Source: an uncultured delta proteobacterium
GTDB taxonomy: Bacteria; Desulfobacterota; Desulfobacteria; Desulfobacterales; UBA11574
DNA: 64,000 nucleotides
Reading direction: 5' to 3'
Assembly (NCBI GenBank): GCA_963790095.1
Contig: CAWBNO010000022.1
Coordinates: 1,985 to 65,984 of the forward strand
Numbering within the stretch: the first letter of the stretch is position 1; each line of letters begins with the position of its first letter. Both the position numbers and the translations under genes were made by a program. The notes under the pieces are model-generated. The model worked only from the letters and a program-made list of their open reading frames with translations, was not told where the DNA came from and ran no database searches. This document shows positions 9,306-18,961 of the stretch, one piece after another.

Positions 9306-9585
9306 ATCCGGGTCCAAAGGGCCCGGCTTTGGATTGCCACTAGAAGGGCTGTTTTACTTAAAACCGTACAAGTTAAAAGTGTCTAAAGCGGCCTATGTCT
9401 GGTTAGCCGGTTAGCCCGTTGTCCGGTGTTAGATTGCGGGCTAACGGTGCATAACGGGCCAACGGGCACGAACCTTTCTTAGCTTTAGCTCACTTTAAAC
9501 TTTAGTTCACTTCAAACTCTCGCAGCGATTCTTCAGGCAGAGCCGGGGAACTCTGACCTGGCCCAAAGGCCCAGGCTTTTTAAGC
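9306..9585 (+). repeat. Hairpin repeat family G copy 1 (CTAAAG/CTTTAG-type arms)
   Basis: The core ...ctaaagcggcctatgtctggttagccggttagcccgttgtccgg...cgggctaacgg...ctttagctcactttaaactttagttcacttcaaact recurs at 18962-19150. It ends with gaactctgacctggcccaaaggcccaggcttttt, which also occurs at 30614-30647. Confidence 0.75.
9308..9330 (+). terminator. Hairpin CCGGGTCC-aaa-GGGCCCGG followed by CTTT, directly after the stop at 9303
   Basis: Read directly. The same hairpin type starts several repeat copies, so it may be part of the repeat rather than a dedicated terminator. Confidence 0.4.
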
Positions 9586-9644
9586 GTTTCTTTTGATGCT
9601 TAAAGTTCTGCCTCGATTATGGAATAATGGCAAACAAAAACGAA

Positions 9645-11114
9645 CTACAATTTCTCCATCAAATCCCAGAGCAACCGGACCCCAAAGCCGGTTCCGCCGA
9701 CACCGCAGTATGCGGATCCCTTCTGGGCGTATGCCGGCCCTGCAATATCAATATGTGACCAGCAGGTATCTCCCACAAACTCCGAAAGGAACAGGGCGGC
9801 GGTAATGGCGCCTCCATACCGGGTGCTCCCGATATTGCTCAGATCCGCGAAATCGCTTTTTAACAGTTCTTTGTAATCCTCGGGCAACGGCATCCGCCAG
9901 CAGCGTTCATGGACCTTTTGACCGGACAAGATGACCTCTTCAGCCAGTTTGTCATCAAAAGAGAAAATCCCGGCAATCTTTTCGCCCAAGGCCACGACAC
10001 AGGCACCGGTGAGCGTTGCTATATCAATGAGGATTTGAGGTTTATATTTTTTAATCGCATAGGAGATGGCATCGATCAATATCAATCTTCCTTCGGCATC
10101 TGTGTTGCCGATTTCTATGGTTTTCCCCTCATAGCTTTTAATAATGTCCCCCGGCCGGGAGGCATCGCCGGACGGCATGTTTTCAACGATGGGAATAAGG
10201 CCGATCAATTTTAATTCGGATTTAAGCCTTGCGGCAGTAATCAATGTCGCTGCGACTGCAGCAGCACCGGACATATCCAACTTCATTTCCAAAAGGGATG
10301 CCGAAGGCTTAAGGTTTATACCGCCCGAATCAAAAGTTACCCCTTTCCCCACAAGGGCAACCGTTTTTTTGGCCCTTGCCGGGTTGTACTCCAGGACCAC
10401 CATTCTGGGCTTGCTCCGGCTGCCGGCGGCAACCGCCAGTATGGCCCCGAATTTTTTTTGTTTCAATTCCTTTTCATCCAACACGGTGACCTTGAGGTTT
10501 TCTTTTTTGGCAAGGGTTACGATAGATTTTGTAAAACGTTCGGGTCTTTTGTCGTTGGGCGGCATGCTGACCCATTCTCTGGCGAGAATCGTCCCCTGGC
10601 AGACCGTTTCAACCCTCGATGGTAATTCGCTGTATTTTTCGGCCGTGTCTGCATCTACAAGGAAATTGATTTTTTTGATGGGATGATATTTCTTTTCTTT
10701 TTTGTACTTGTCAAAAAGATGGTTGCCGAGAAAGGCGCCCTCCATCATGGCCTCAAGAACCGACACCATCTCCACATCGATCTTCCCGGCCCCAGGAACC
10801 GCCATGAAGACGTCTGAAAACTCCTTCTTGATTCCCCCCTTTGCCGCCTTACCGGACATGGCACGCATCGCCTCCATATCGATTTTATCATGTTTTCCCA
10901 GCCCCAGAAAAACGACGCTCTCGGCTTTGACTTCGGACAGATTGTACAAGGCGACTTCATCATCTTTCCCACCTTTAAAGGCTTTAATCTTTTTTGCTTT
11001 TCGGATGAGAGAATTTATGGTCTTATCTTCGTGGATGTTCTTATCTTCACAAACCGGAATAACGAGGGATTCTATTTTTTCTTTTTTAAGGTCGACGGAT
11101 TTTAGGTATAACAT
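9645..11114 (-). CDS. pepA: Leucyl aminopeptidase (M17)
   Basis: 489 aa with the NTDAEGRL signature and the VGKGVTFDSGG motif. Confidence 0.9.
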   Translation of the reverse strand: MLYLKSVDLKKEKIESLVIPVCEDKNIHEDKTINSLIRKAKKIKAFKGGKDDEVALYNLSEVKAESVVFLGLGKHDKIDMEAMRAMSGKAAKGGIKKEFSDVFMAVPGAGKIDVEMVSVLEAMMEGAFLGNHLFDKYKKEKKYHPIKKINFLVDADTAEKYSELPSRVETVCQGTILAREWVSMPPNDKRPERFTKSIVTLAKKENLKVTVLDEKELKQKKFGAILAVAAGSRSKPRMVVLEYNPARAKKTVALVGKGVTFDSGGINLKPSASLLEMKLDMSGAAAVAATLITAARLKSELKLIGLIPIVENMPSGDASRPGDIIKSYEGKTIEIGNTDAEGRLILIDAISYAIKKYKPQILIDIATLTGACVVALGEKIAGIFSFDDKLAEEVILSGQKVHERCWRMPLPEDYKELLKSDFADLSNIGSTRYGGAITAALFLSEFVGDTCWSHIDIAGPAYAQKGSAYCGVGGTGFGVRLLWDLMEKL

Positions 11115-11129
11115 CTGTTGTTTCTCCTT

Positions 11130-11445
11130 TTCTAAAACATCTAGAAATTTCTACAATTGGTTAAAATTGATGAACTCGAAAAAATAAAATATCTTTTAAT
11201 AGCTACTGGTTTATGCCACTTCCATGGAATAATGGAATAATGGAGTGATGGATTTCAAAGGAGATTAAAAATTGTTCTTGTTGTTTCCCCAACTTTCCAT
11301 TGTTCCATCATTCCAATTGTGACCTGCGCGCTCGTGCCCCAGGCCGCATCGTCTTGCCCGTCCGCCATGGGCTTCGCCTCAGGCGAATGACGGGCGGGCT
11401 TGGCTGGCGGACGAGTTTGCAATGGCAGGCGGGGCGAACCGAACC
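11130..11445 (+). repeat. Repeat family E copy 1 (tail motif, GGAAT-type arms, GC-rich module)
   Basis: acatctagaaatttctacaatt ... ggaataatggaataatggagtgatgg ... ccattgttccatcattccaattg ... GC module ending ggcggggcgaacc. Related copies lie at 22588, 25370, 28010 and 45382. Confidence 0.8.
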
Positions 11446-11573
11446 AACTTGATTAAACAGCTCCACCATCAAGCTTGGTACATGGCAGATAATGTTCGAA
11501 TACGCCTGATTTGCAAGAGGGCAGACCCGTTTGGGGCTCCTCGCAAACCAAAGTTGGGCATTCACCCGGATAA

Positions 11574-11894
11574 TCAATGCGCAACATTCTGTTGGACGGG
11601 TAATGGTTTAATCGATTTTAGTTCTGCTGCTTCAGATTGCTGAGCAAAGTAAAGATCCCATCGAAGCTGAATATTCATCCAGAAATCCGCTGAGACTCTA
11701 AAATATTTACCAAGTCTTAATGCCGTGCTGGGTGTAACCCCCCTACGACCATTAATTATTTCATTAATCCTTTGGTATGGGACGTGTATTGCCTTTGCCA
11801 GTTCTTTCTGTGCGATACCCATTGGTTTTAAAAACTCTTCTAAGAGCATCTCCCCCGGATGGGTTGGCGTACGGTGAGTTGGTATGCGAATCAT
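11574..11894 (-). CDS. higA: HigA-family antitoxin (XRE HTH)
   Basis: HPGEMLLEEFLKPMGIAQKELAKAIHVPYQRINEIINGRRGVTPSTALRLGKYF is the canonical HigA pattern. It lies downstream of higB. Confidence 0.9.
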   Translation of the reverse strand: MIRIPTHRTPTHPGEMLLEEFLKPMGIAQKELAKAIHVPYQRINEIINGRRGVTPSTALRLGKYFRVSADFWMNIQLRWDLYFAQQSEAAELKSIKPLPVQQNVAH

Positions 11895-11919
11895 TTTGTG
11901 CTCCTAATATAAATAGTTA

Positions 11920-12213
11920 TTAATGATAATCGGTAATTTCAACTTCAACAGGACCTTTTTCAGACCATTTGAAACAAATCCGATATTGGTCATTTATTCG
12001 AACACTGTATTGCCCCAGCCTATTTCGAGTTAAAGCTTCTAATCTGTTTCCTGGTGGAATTCGAAGTTCATCAAGAGATAAAACAGAATCAATCTGGTCA
12101 AGTTTTCGGGCTGCAATTTTCCATAAGTTTTTCGGACATATTTTCCGGGCAATTTTTGAGGACAACCCATTAAAAATATCCTCGGTTCCTTTGCTCTTAA
12201 ATGACTGTATCAT
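11920..12213 (-). CDS. higB: HigB toxin (RelE/ParE superfamily, plasmid maintenance system killer)
   Basis: 97 aa: MIQSFKSKGTEDIF...LDELRIPPGNRLEAL...QYSVRINDQYRICF, with the toxin-first order typical of higBA. Confidence 0.9.
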   Translation of the reverse strand: MIQSFKSKGTEDIFNGLSSKIARKICPKNLWKIAARKLDQIDSVLSLDELRIPPGNRLEALTRNRLGQYSVRINDQYRICFKWSEKGPVEVEITDYH

Positions 12214-12467
12214 AAAAACATAATAACACGGTATCCATGCTATTTCAAGATAAAATTCTATTAACTGATATGTGCCCCCTGATGAAGCCCCATCTCCTTC
12301 ATTACCTGCCCGCGGTACTTTTAAAATGGCCGGGGGAATTTGCGGATTTGGAACCTATTGGTCTCATAACAACACTGTGGGTCATACTATATTTTATCTT
12401 TGACATTTACCGGGGACAACCTTTCGGATTGGCTTGACATAATGAGTGGTTGTCTGTATTTATAACC

Positions 12468-12668
12468 AAGGTTGAACGGTTCAGGGTTCATCGTTCCGGG
12501 TTGGAAAAACCTCAGATAACTCGTATCAATGTGATGCCGGCTTCATCGTGGTTTCAAAACCGTTCCACCCAAAAAATTATTACAGGTATACCGAATTCTG
12601 ATCAATAAGTTGTACAGTTTCAATCCGTTGTGCCCCTTCAACTTTGAACGCTGAACCTGGAACCGATC
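12468..12668. repeat. Hairpin repeat family F copy (GGTTCA-type arms)
   Basis: Left arm ggttgaacggttcagggttcatcgttcc. Right arm cttcaactttgaacgctgaacctggaacc. The same arm type occurs at 36554-36778, with a partial copy at 4356-4415. Confidence 0.7.
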
Positions 12669-12723
12669 AGTTTTAAATTATCAAACTACCGTATTGTGAA
12701 GATGGAAAAAAGGGAGGTAAATC

Positions 12724-13152
12724 ATGGCGGGAATTAACAAGGTAATCCTCATCGGCCATTTGGGCAACGACCCTGAAGTTCGGTATACACCCGACGGTAC
12801 CGCTGTTGCAAATTTCAGCATCGCAACGTCTGAAAAATGGACGGATAAAGCCACCAACGAAAAGAAAGAACGCACCGAATGGCATCGCATCGTTGCATGG
12901 CGCAGACTGGGTGAAATATGTGGCGAATACCTGTCAAAGGGGCGACAGGTTTACGTGGAAGGCAAGCTCCAGACGAGATCGTGGGAAAAAGACGGCGTAA
13001 CCCGATACACCACCGAAATTGTCGCATCGGATGTGCAGTTTCTCGGCGGGAAGGAACCCGCCGATGCCTACAGGTCTCCGGCCCCATCAGAGACGACTCA
13101 ATACTCGAAGCCTCCCATGGCGGACAGAGAGGATGATGACATCCCCTTTTAA
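12724..13152 (+). CDS. ssb: Single-stranded DNA-binding protein
   Basis: [23 protein letters not shown]... with the acidic tail DDDIPF. Confidence 0.95.
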   Translation: MAGINKVILIGHLGNDPEVRYTPDGTAVANFSIATSEKWTDKATNEKKERTEWHRIVAWRRLGEICGEYLSKGRQVYVEGKLQTRSWEKDGVTRYTTEIVASDVQFLGGKEPADAYRSPAPSETTQYSKPPMADREDDDIPF

Positions 13153-13346
13153 GCCTTTTTCGAAATCGAATTGACACGGCATTTAAATTTGGTGGATTGG
13201 TATTAGATAAGGCATTGAATTATAAATCGATCGTGGATAAAGTTCGAAGCAACAAAAAAGGGCTGACGCATAGGTTTATAGTTCAACGTCTCACGCGTTG
13301 TGCAAGCTTGACACGAATCCTACAATTATTACCGGCACGTTTTTGT

Positions 13347-13368
13347 GGGGGATATTTTAATATCCCCC
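13347..13368. terminator. Perfect 9-bp stem hairpin GGGGGATAT-ttta-ATATCCCCC between the convergent ssb and tatA
   Basis: Read directly. It overlaps the tatA stop codon. T-rich sequence follows on the plus strand only. Confidence 0.4.
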
Positions 13369-13550
13369 TAAACTTCTTTGTTTTCCTCAATCTTGTCGGG
13401 CTCTATCTTTTCAGATTCCGCGGTGGCACCTTTAAAATTTTTGATGGCCTTGCCCATGCCCGCCCCTATTTCCGGAAGTTTGCCGGCACCAAAAATAATC
13501 AGAATAATGACAAGTATTATAATAAGTTCCGGCATTCCAATTCCAAACAT
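13368..13550 (-). CDS. tatA: Twin-arginine translocase subunit TatA/E
   Basis: [29 protein letters not shown]... The start is set at the internal ATG 13550, which has GGAGG 5 nt upstream; the track start at 13586 was rejected. Confidence 0.85.
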   Translation of the reverse strand: MFGIGMPELIIILVIILIIFGAGKLPEIGAGMGKAIKNFKGATAESEKIEPDKIEENKEV

Positions 13551-13744
13551 ACGACCCTCCAATTTGATTAATCTATTTTTTCTCAATAAATTTTGTATTA
13601 GTGTCCATCCAGAAATGAGAATTTTTGTCCAAGATCAAGGCATGCGAAAAAAATAACCACAAGCATATAGATGATATTCTGAGGATTATTTTTTGAGCAT
13701 AACGCTGAGATTGGGCAAAAAGACCATTTATTGATGGGCACGAA

Positions 13745-14233
13745 TCAGGTTTTGTCCTTAAGTTCATCCAAAAGTTGCCTAAACTCCCTCGATTTTAAAT
13801 ATCTGTCGATAACCCCTTGATAATCGATCCATTTCCGCCATAATTCAAGCCATATATCGTTGTGCCAGTAATATTCTGGATTTCCCTTTCCTTTGAGCCG
13901 TTGGGTAAAATCCATATATTCCTCGTTACAACTCTCACAAAATCGAAAAGGTGCCCGGAGATCGTCGATAAATCTTTGTTTAGCGGGTTCATCCGGATGG
14001 ATCTGTGTGCCGCATTTCACGCATTTGAAAGCACACTGTAGGCATTGAAAAACTTTCTGAACCGCCAGAATTTTACGCTTTTTTATTATTTCAGCTTTTT
14101 TTTCTTTTGTGTGCTTTAGTTTGTCGTCAAGTTGGATAATATTCGACACGCTCGAAAACTCCCTGCGCATCCTGTTTTTTTGAGAGACCTTTGCAAAACT
14201 CCCCTTTTCGCCCAATTTCTGCGTCAGGCTCAA
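13745..14233 (-). CDS. Hypothetical protein with CxxC...CxxC zinc-ribbon-like motifs
   Basis: 162-aa ORF with a TTG start at 14233 (GAGGA 7 nt upstream). An alternative ATG lies at 14170. The first ~17 codons lie inside repeat J1. No family was recognised. Confidence 0.55.
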   Translation of the reverse strand: MSLTQKLGEKGSFAKVSQKNRMRREFSSVSNIIQLDDKLKHTKEKKAEIIKKRKILAVQKVFQCLQCAFKCVKCGTQIHPDEPAKQRFIDDLRAPFRFCESCNEEYMDFTQRLKGKGNPEYYWHNDIWLELWRKWIDYQGVIDRYLKSREFRQLLDELKDKT

Positions 14234-14330
14234 ATTTTAATCCTCAAAATACCAAATGTATTCCTGTGGTTAAAATTTTCGCCTTCCTTGAACTTGAACA
14301 AAAATGAGTATTTTTCAAAGGTCTCTTTGA
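14178..14330 (-). repeat. Repeat family J copy 1 (arms GAGACCTTTG/CAAAGGTCTC; core CTGTGGTTAAAATTTTCG..CTTCCTTGAACTTGAACAAAAATGA)
   Basis: Matches 46252-46398 in the opposite orientation. A weaker third copy lies at about 13600-13680. Confidence 0.7.
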
Positions 14331-14577
14331 CATAAAGGATGCCAAATTTTAAGTATAATAACACCTGGGTATTTGCGTGTCAATCTATTCCAAGGGCGTT
14401 TTGAAACGCCTCTAAAGACGCATTTTTCAGCCCCCCAAGGCGGACTTTTCACCCCGTTCAAACAGAAAAAACAGATAGGCGTCCAAGGGTTCAACAGGGC
14501 AACCTCCGCTCCAACACGCTTCCAACGGTTTGTTTTTTCTATGTCTTGTAAAGTGATGGTAGTCGTGGTAATTATTG

Positions 14578-14900
14578 TAAAGAATCCGGACCCAGAGGAC
14601 CCGGCGTTGGTTTCACCCCAGAGGAAATTTGCTTTGTTGAAAGTCCATTGAATTATTAAAATCACAAATATCAAATTACAAATACCAAACAATGTCCAAT
14701 GACCGAAATTCGAAAATCCAAACAATGTCTCGTCATGGAAGGTTTTGGTCATTGAATATTGGAATTTGTGATTTATTTGTAATTTGGTGCTTGGAATTTG
14801 CAATTTTAGACACAAAACTCCAAGGTAGAGCCATTATCTCTGACTCTTGTTATACGGGACAAGTATGGCCCTGGGGAACAGGTTTCTCAAGATTAAAAAA
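14578..14900 (+). repeat. Hairpin repeat family A copy 1 (ACAAAT/ATTTGT-type arms) with 3' extension reaching the 14932 gene
   Basis: aaagaatccgg...ttgttgaaagtccattgaattattaaaatcacaaatatcaaattacaaatacc...caatgaccgaaattcgaaaatccaaac...ggttttggtcattgaatattggaatttgtgatttatttgtaatttggtgcttgg...gattttagacacaaaactccaagg. Copies also lie at 16302, 24724 and 30353. Confidence 0.85.
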
Positions 14901-14931
14901 CACGCAACCGCATTTATAAGGATTTTCATAC

Positions 14932-16008
14932 ATGTTAAGAAAATTTCAGGCAAATTGTCTCCCGCTTTTGATCGGAAGCCTTCCGCTACATGATCATGCG
15001 GAAAGTGTTGAACTGGTTTTTAAATATACCCCCCAAATTCCCCTGTGGGTTCAACTGCCGGTGTATAGAGAAGAAGGAATGGTCGCCCAATTCCTGCCAG
15101 GCTTTCCGGGCCTTGCCGTTGACAAGGACAAATCCTTTGTCAATACCGCCGATCCATCCTTTGATGACGATCTCTTAGGGTTTTACAAAGATTATCTATC
15201 TGTGAGCCAAGGAGAAACGGATCTTGCCGGTTCGAGGTTTACCATGACCACCGATACCGCCGAAGGATTTTTTGCATTTATTGAGCACCTCCGGCACCTT
15301 TCCCATCGCCCGGCAGCGTTAAAAGGACAAATCACCGGTCCCATAACCTTCGGGTTGGGATTAACCGATGAAAAAGGGAAAGCGATTTTTTACAACGAAC
15401 AACTCAGGGATGCGGCCGTTAAGCTTTTGGCCCAAAAAGCCAGGTACCAGGTCCAAAGGCTTTCAGGATTTGGATGTCCCTCCATTATTTTTTTTGATGA
15501 ACCGGCACTGGCCGGATTCGGTTCTTCTGCAATGATAAGCATCTCCCGCAAAGAAGTGGAAACATGTTTTGAAGAGGTCATTGACGCGGTTCACGACGAG
15601 AACGGCATGGCTGGAATCCATGTTTGTGCCAATGCCGACTGGTCCCTGCTACTGGAATCCAATGCCAACATCATCAGCTTTGACGCATATGCTTTTTTCG
15701 ATAAGTTGATGCTGTATCCGGATCTTCTCAAGGATTTTATCGAACGCGGGGGGATATTGGCCTGGGGGATCGTTCCCACTTTAAACAGCGAGGACATTGA
15801 AAAAGAAACCACGGAATCACTGGTGGCCAAGTGGGAGGATCAAGTCAGGAAGATAGCGGCCCTCGGCATAGAAAAATCCACCATACTGGCCCAGACGTTA
15901 ATAACGCCGAGCTGTGGAACGGGTTCTTTGAGCATCGACCTTACAACAAAGGTGTTGACGTTAACCCGACACGTCTCTGATGTTATCAGAGCCGCCGAAT
16001 TTAAATAA
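14932..16008 (+). CDS. UROD/MetE-superfamily (cobalamin-independent methionine-synthase-like) protein, function unknown
   Basis: Clean 358-aa ORF. The family assignment rests on overall resemblance only. Confidence 0.5.
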   Translation: MLRKFQANCLPLLIGSLPLHDHAESVELVFKYTPQIPLWVQLPVYREEGMVAQFLPGFPGLAVDKDKSFVNTADPSFDDDLLGFYKDYLSVSQGETDLAGSRFTMTTDTAEGFFAFIEHLRHLSHRPAALKGQITGPITFGLGLTDEKGKAIFYNEQLRDAAVKLLAQKARYQVQRLSGFGCPSIIFFDEPALAGFGSSAMISISRKEVETCFEEVIDAVHDENGMAGIHVCANADWSLLLESNANIISFDAYAFFDKLMLYPDLLKDFIERGGILAWGIVPTLNSEDIEKETTESLVAKWEDQVRKIAALGIEKSTILAQTLITPSCGTGSLSIDLTTKVLTLTRHVSDVIRAAEFK

Positions 16009-16011
16009 TAG

Positions 16012-16290
16012 AGAGGTCCGGGTGTTTTTATTTGTTAAATCGCTCCATGGACAATATTTTTTAAAAACCGTGTAAACTCGTGGTTAAAGGATCGTAAAGA
16101 AAGAACAGGTTTCAATATAAAAACAATGGGTTCAGCTTAGAATAAACACTTCCTAACTTTTGAAATGTTTCGGTAAGCCCCTGTTATTTCTAACGATCCC
16201 TAAACCACTCAAACAGAACACGCATTTTTAAAAAAATTATCCATTCCGCTGATATATAAAGGTTTACAATAAAAACTCCCCCCTCAATAA
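16012..16290 (-). repeat. Hairpin repeat family H copy 1
   Basis: Contains cctgttatttctaacgatccctaaaccactcaaacag, the reverse complement of ctgtttgagtggcttagggatcgttagaaggaacagg at 30100. A third copy lies at about 44270. Confidence 0.7.
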
Positions 16291-16301
16291 TTGAGAAGCA
16301 T

Positions 16302-16521
16302 TAAAGAATCCGGGCCAAGAGGACCGGGCTTTGTTGAAAGTTCATTGAATTGTTAAAATTACAAATATCAAACAAAGTCCAATGACCGAAATTCAAAAAT
16401 CCAAACAATGTCTCTTCATGGAAGGTTTTGGTCATTGTATATTGGAATTTGGATTTTATTTGGATTTTGGTGTTTGGATTTTGTGATTTTAGACACAAAA
16501 CTCCAAGGCAGAGCCATTATC
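16302..16521 (+). repeat. Hairpin repeat family A copy 2 (lacks the 3' extension)
   Basis: aaagaatccgggccaagaggaccggg...tccaatgaccgaaattcaaaaatccaaac...gattttagacacaaaactccaaggcagagccattatc. It ends 14 nt before the mrcA stop. Confidence 0.85.
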
Positions 16522-16534
16522 CGGCATCCAGTTA

Positions 16535-18892
16535 TCACATATCCGATTTGTAAAACTGTTCCGGCTCCGTCATCGAATCCGGCTTCTTGGTGTATTCGGT
16601 TGGGACGGTCCCTTCCTTAAAGCATTCAAAAATGGTCTTTTTAGACTCGGGGATCGGCAAAAAACCTGTTTCAGCATCAATATTAGAAAAAACAACCCCC
16701 TCGGGAACTTGAAAAACCCTGACGGGTTTGCCTGCCAGGATCTTCTGCATGAAGCCGAGCCATATGGGACTCGCCGCTCTGGACCCGGTTTCGCCCTTAC
16801 CCAGGGAGGTCTCATCATCAAACCCCACCCATGTGCCGGTTGTATATCCCGGCGAATACCCCGCAAACCAGGCATCATGAAGATTGTTTGTGGTGCCGGT
16901 TTTCCCTGCCACCGGCCTTTTTAACGCCAACACTCTGCGGCCGGTACCATGTTTGACCACACCCTCGAGCAGGCTGGTCATGATATAGGCGGTACTCGCT
17001 TCGATGACTTTTTCCCTGACAAGTTGGGCTTCTTCGATGACATTTCCATCCCTGTCCAAAATCTTTGTGATAAAGACAGGCGTTACAAGATAGCCAAGGT
17101 TATTAAAAACCGAATAGGCCCGAACAAGCTCGAGCAAAGAGACTCCCGAAGATCCTAAAGCTATTGAAAGATCCCTGTTCAGGTTTGACGTAATTCCGAG
17201 TTTTCGAGCATAATCAATCGCATAATCGATGCCGATATCTTTTAATATCTTGATGGTGACAACATTTCGTGATTTTGCAATAGCATCCCGAAAAAGTGTC
17301 GGCCCGTAAAATTTTTCCTTGTAGTTCTTGGGCTTCCAGGTAAAGTCATGATCTATGTCTTGATACACAATTGGGGAATCGATGATGGTCGTTGCAGGGG
17401 TGAATCCCTTGTCAAGGGCCGATGCATAAATGATAGGCTTAAACGCCGACCCCGGCTGACGCCGCGACTGAACCGCGCGATTAAACTGACTCTCTCTGAA
17501 ATCCCGTCCCCCGATCATGACCTTTACAAACCCGGTTTCCGACTCAATGCAAAGCAGTGCGGCTTGAACCTTTGGCGTCTGTTCCAGAGCCAACCACCAT
17601 CGGTCGGTATTGAAAATTTTTTGTTTGACCCGAACCTGTATCACGTCACCCACCTTTAGAACTTCTCCGGGATGTTTAACTCTGGCTTCATAATAGGCAA
17701 TCTCAGGGTCCGGCTTTCTTGCCCAACGCATATCCTCGATTCTAATTACGCCCAGGGCCTTGCCCATACGAACAATGACCGTATCGTTCTTGTCATTGAC
17801 TTCAATAACAACGCCGTCTAATATCCGGCCGTCTTCGAGGGGGGCCATATCAAGTTTATCCTGAAGCGCCTTTGAAAACGATTCTATTCCTTCCGGCGGA
17901 AGATGCTCCGTGGGCCCCCGATATCCCTGACGCTTATCGAGTGCGGACAACCCCTTTTCGATTTCTTCCCGCGCAATCTTTTGCATCTCAACATTTACCG
18001 CGGCATAAATCTTGAGACCGCCTTCGTACAGAACGTCATTACCGTATTTATTGGCGATATACCGTCTTATGTGCTCCGTATAGACGGGGACCTCTTCGAT
18101 ATACAGATTTCTTCGGGGTTTAATATCCAGCACTCTATTGATGGCTTCTGTGGCCTGGAGGTTGGTAATATAGTCTTCTCCAACCATTCGGTTTAAAACG
18201 TAGATCTGGCGCTGCTTTGCTCTTTCAGGATACCTGAACGGTGAATATCTGCTCGGAGCCTGGGGCAGACCTGCCAGGACCGCACATTCGGCCAGGTTCA
18301 ATTCCTGGGCAGATTTTCCAAAATAGTTCTCCGATGCGGCCTCAACCCCATATGCCCCGTGTCCCAGGTAAATCTGATTCAAATACAAAAATAGGATTTC
18401 TTCTTTGGTAAATTTTTTATCAATTCGATAGGCAAGGATGGCTTCCTTTATCTTACGAACATAGCTTTTTTGGGGGGTCAAAAAAAAGGACTTGGCAACC
18501 TGCTGGGTAATTGTGCTCCCGCCTTGAACGATAGCCCCTGCCTCGATATTCTTGAAAAATGCTCTGATAATACTTAAAATATCTATTCCTTTGTGATTGT
18601 AAAATCTTGCATCTTCAGCAGCGATAAATGCATTTTTCAGCATGGGAGACATTTGGGAAAGGGGGATTACAATTCTGCGTTCTTTAAAAAATTCAGCGAT
18701 CTTTCGATTGTCGTCCGAAAAAACCGTTGTAATGACAGGGGGACGGTAATCCTTTAAGGTTGATATTTTAGGAAGATTTTTGCTTAAATAGAAATAGACG
18801 CCGGCAACTCCGATGGCACCGGATATTCCGGCAAAAACAAATGCCAGCAAAAACCACCGGGCGATCTTTGCGCCCATCCCCCTTCGGGCCAT
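16535..18892 (-). CDS. mrcA: Penicillin-binding protein 1A (bifunctional transglycosylase/transpeptidase)
   Basis: 785 aa. Glycosyltransferase motifs EDARFYNHKGID and GGSTITQQ; transpeptidase motifs SAFKP and KTGTT. Confidence 0.95.
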   Translation of the reverse strand: MARRGMGAKIARWFLLAFVFAGISGAIGVAGVYFYLSKNLPKISTLKDYRPPVITTVFSDDNRKIAEFFKERRIVIPLSQMSPMLKNAFIAAEDARFYNHKGIDILSIIRAFFKNIEAGAIVQGGSTITQQVAKSFFLTPQKSYVRKIKEAILAYRIDKKFTKEEILFLYLNQIYLGHGAYGVEAASENYFGKSAQELNLAECAVLAGLPQAPSRYSPFRYPERAKQRQIYVLNRMVGEDYITNLQATEAINRVLDIKPRRNLYIEEVPVYTEHIRRYIANKYGNDVLYEGGLKIYAAVNVEMQKIAREEIEKGLSALDKRQGYRGPTEHLPPEGIESFSKALQDKLDMAPLEDGRILDGVVIEVNDKNDTVIVRMGKALGVIRIEDMRWARKPDPEIAYYEARVKHPGEVLKVGDVIQVRVKQKIFNTDRWWLALEQTPKVQAALLCIESETGFVKVMIGGRDFRESQFNRAVQSRRQPGSAFKPIIYASALDKGFTPATTIIDSPIVYQDIDHDFTWKPKNYKEKFYGPTLFRDAIAKSRNVVTIKILKDIGIDYAIDYARKLGITSNLNRDLSIALGSSGVSLLELVRAYSVFNNLGYLVTPVFITKILDRDGNVIEEAQLVREKVIEASTAYIMTSLLEGVVKHGTGRRVLALKRPVAGKTGTTNNLHDAWFAGYSPGYTTGTWVGFDDETSLGKGETGSRAASPIWLGFMQKILAGKPVRVFQVPEGVVFSNIDAETGFLPIPESKKTIFECFKEGTVPTEYTKKPDSMTEPEQFYKSDM

Positions 18893-18961
18893 TTTTAGCG
18901 CGCTTTTTGAGTACTTGAGATGTTCTTTTGTCTTTTGCCATATCTATCAAACTCTAAAAAG

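Noticed and set aside
11215-11320. Short-period GGAAT, ACAAAT and GGTTCA tandem stretches considered as possible CRISPR arrays or satellites
   Set aside because: The units are 5-7 nt and degenerate, with no unique spacers. They always occur as complementary arm pairs, so they are hairpin arms rather than CRISPR repeats.
12237-12437. 66-aa plus-strand ORF upstream of higB
   Set aside because: It lies in the higBA promoter region and has no ribosome-binding site or protein-like features.
14315-14919. ORFs inside family-A repeats that yield recurring peptides such as [33 protein letters not shown] (also 16301..16620, 24830..25043, 30314..30593)
   Set aside because: The peptide similarity simply reflects the repeated DNA. 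The frames are not preserved between copies and the sequence is a hairpin.
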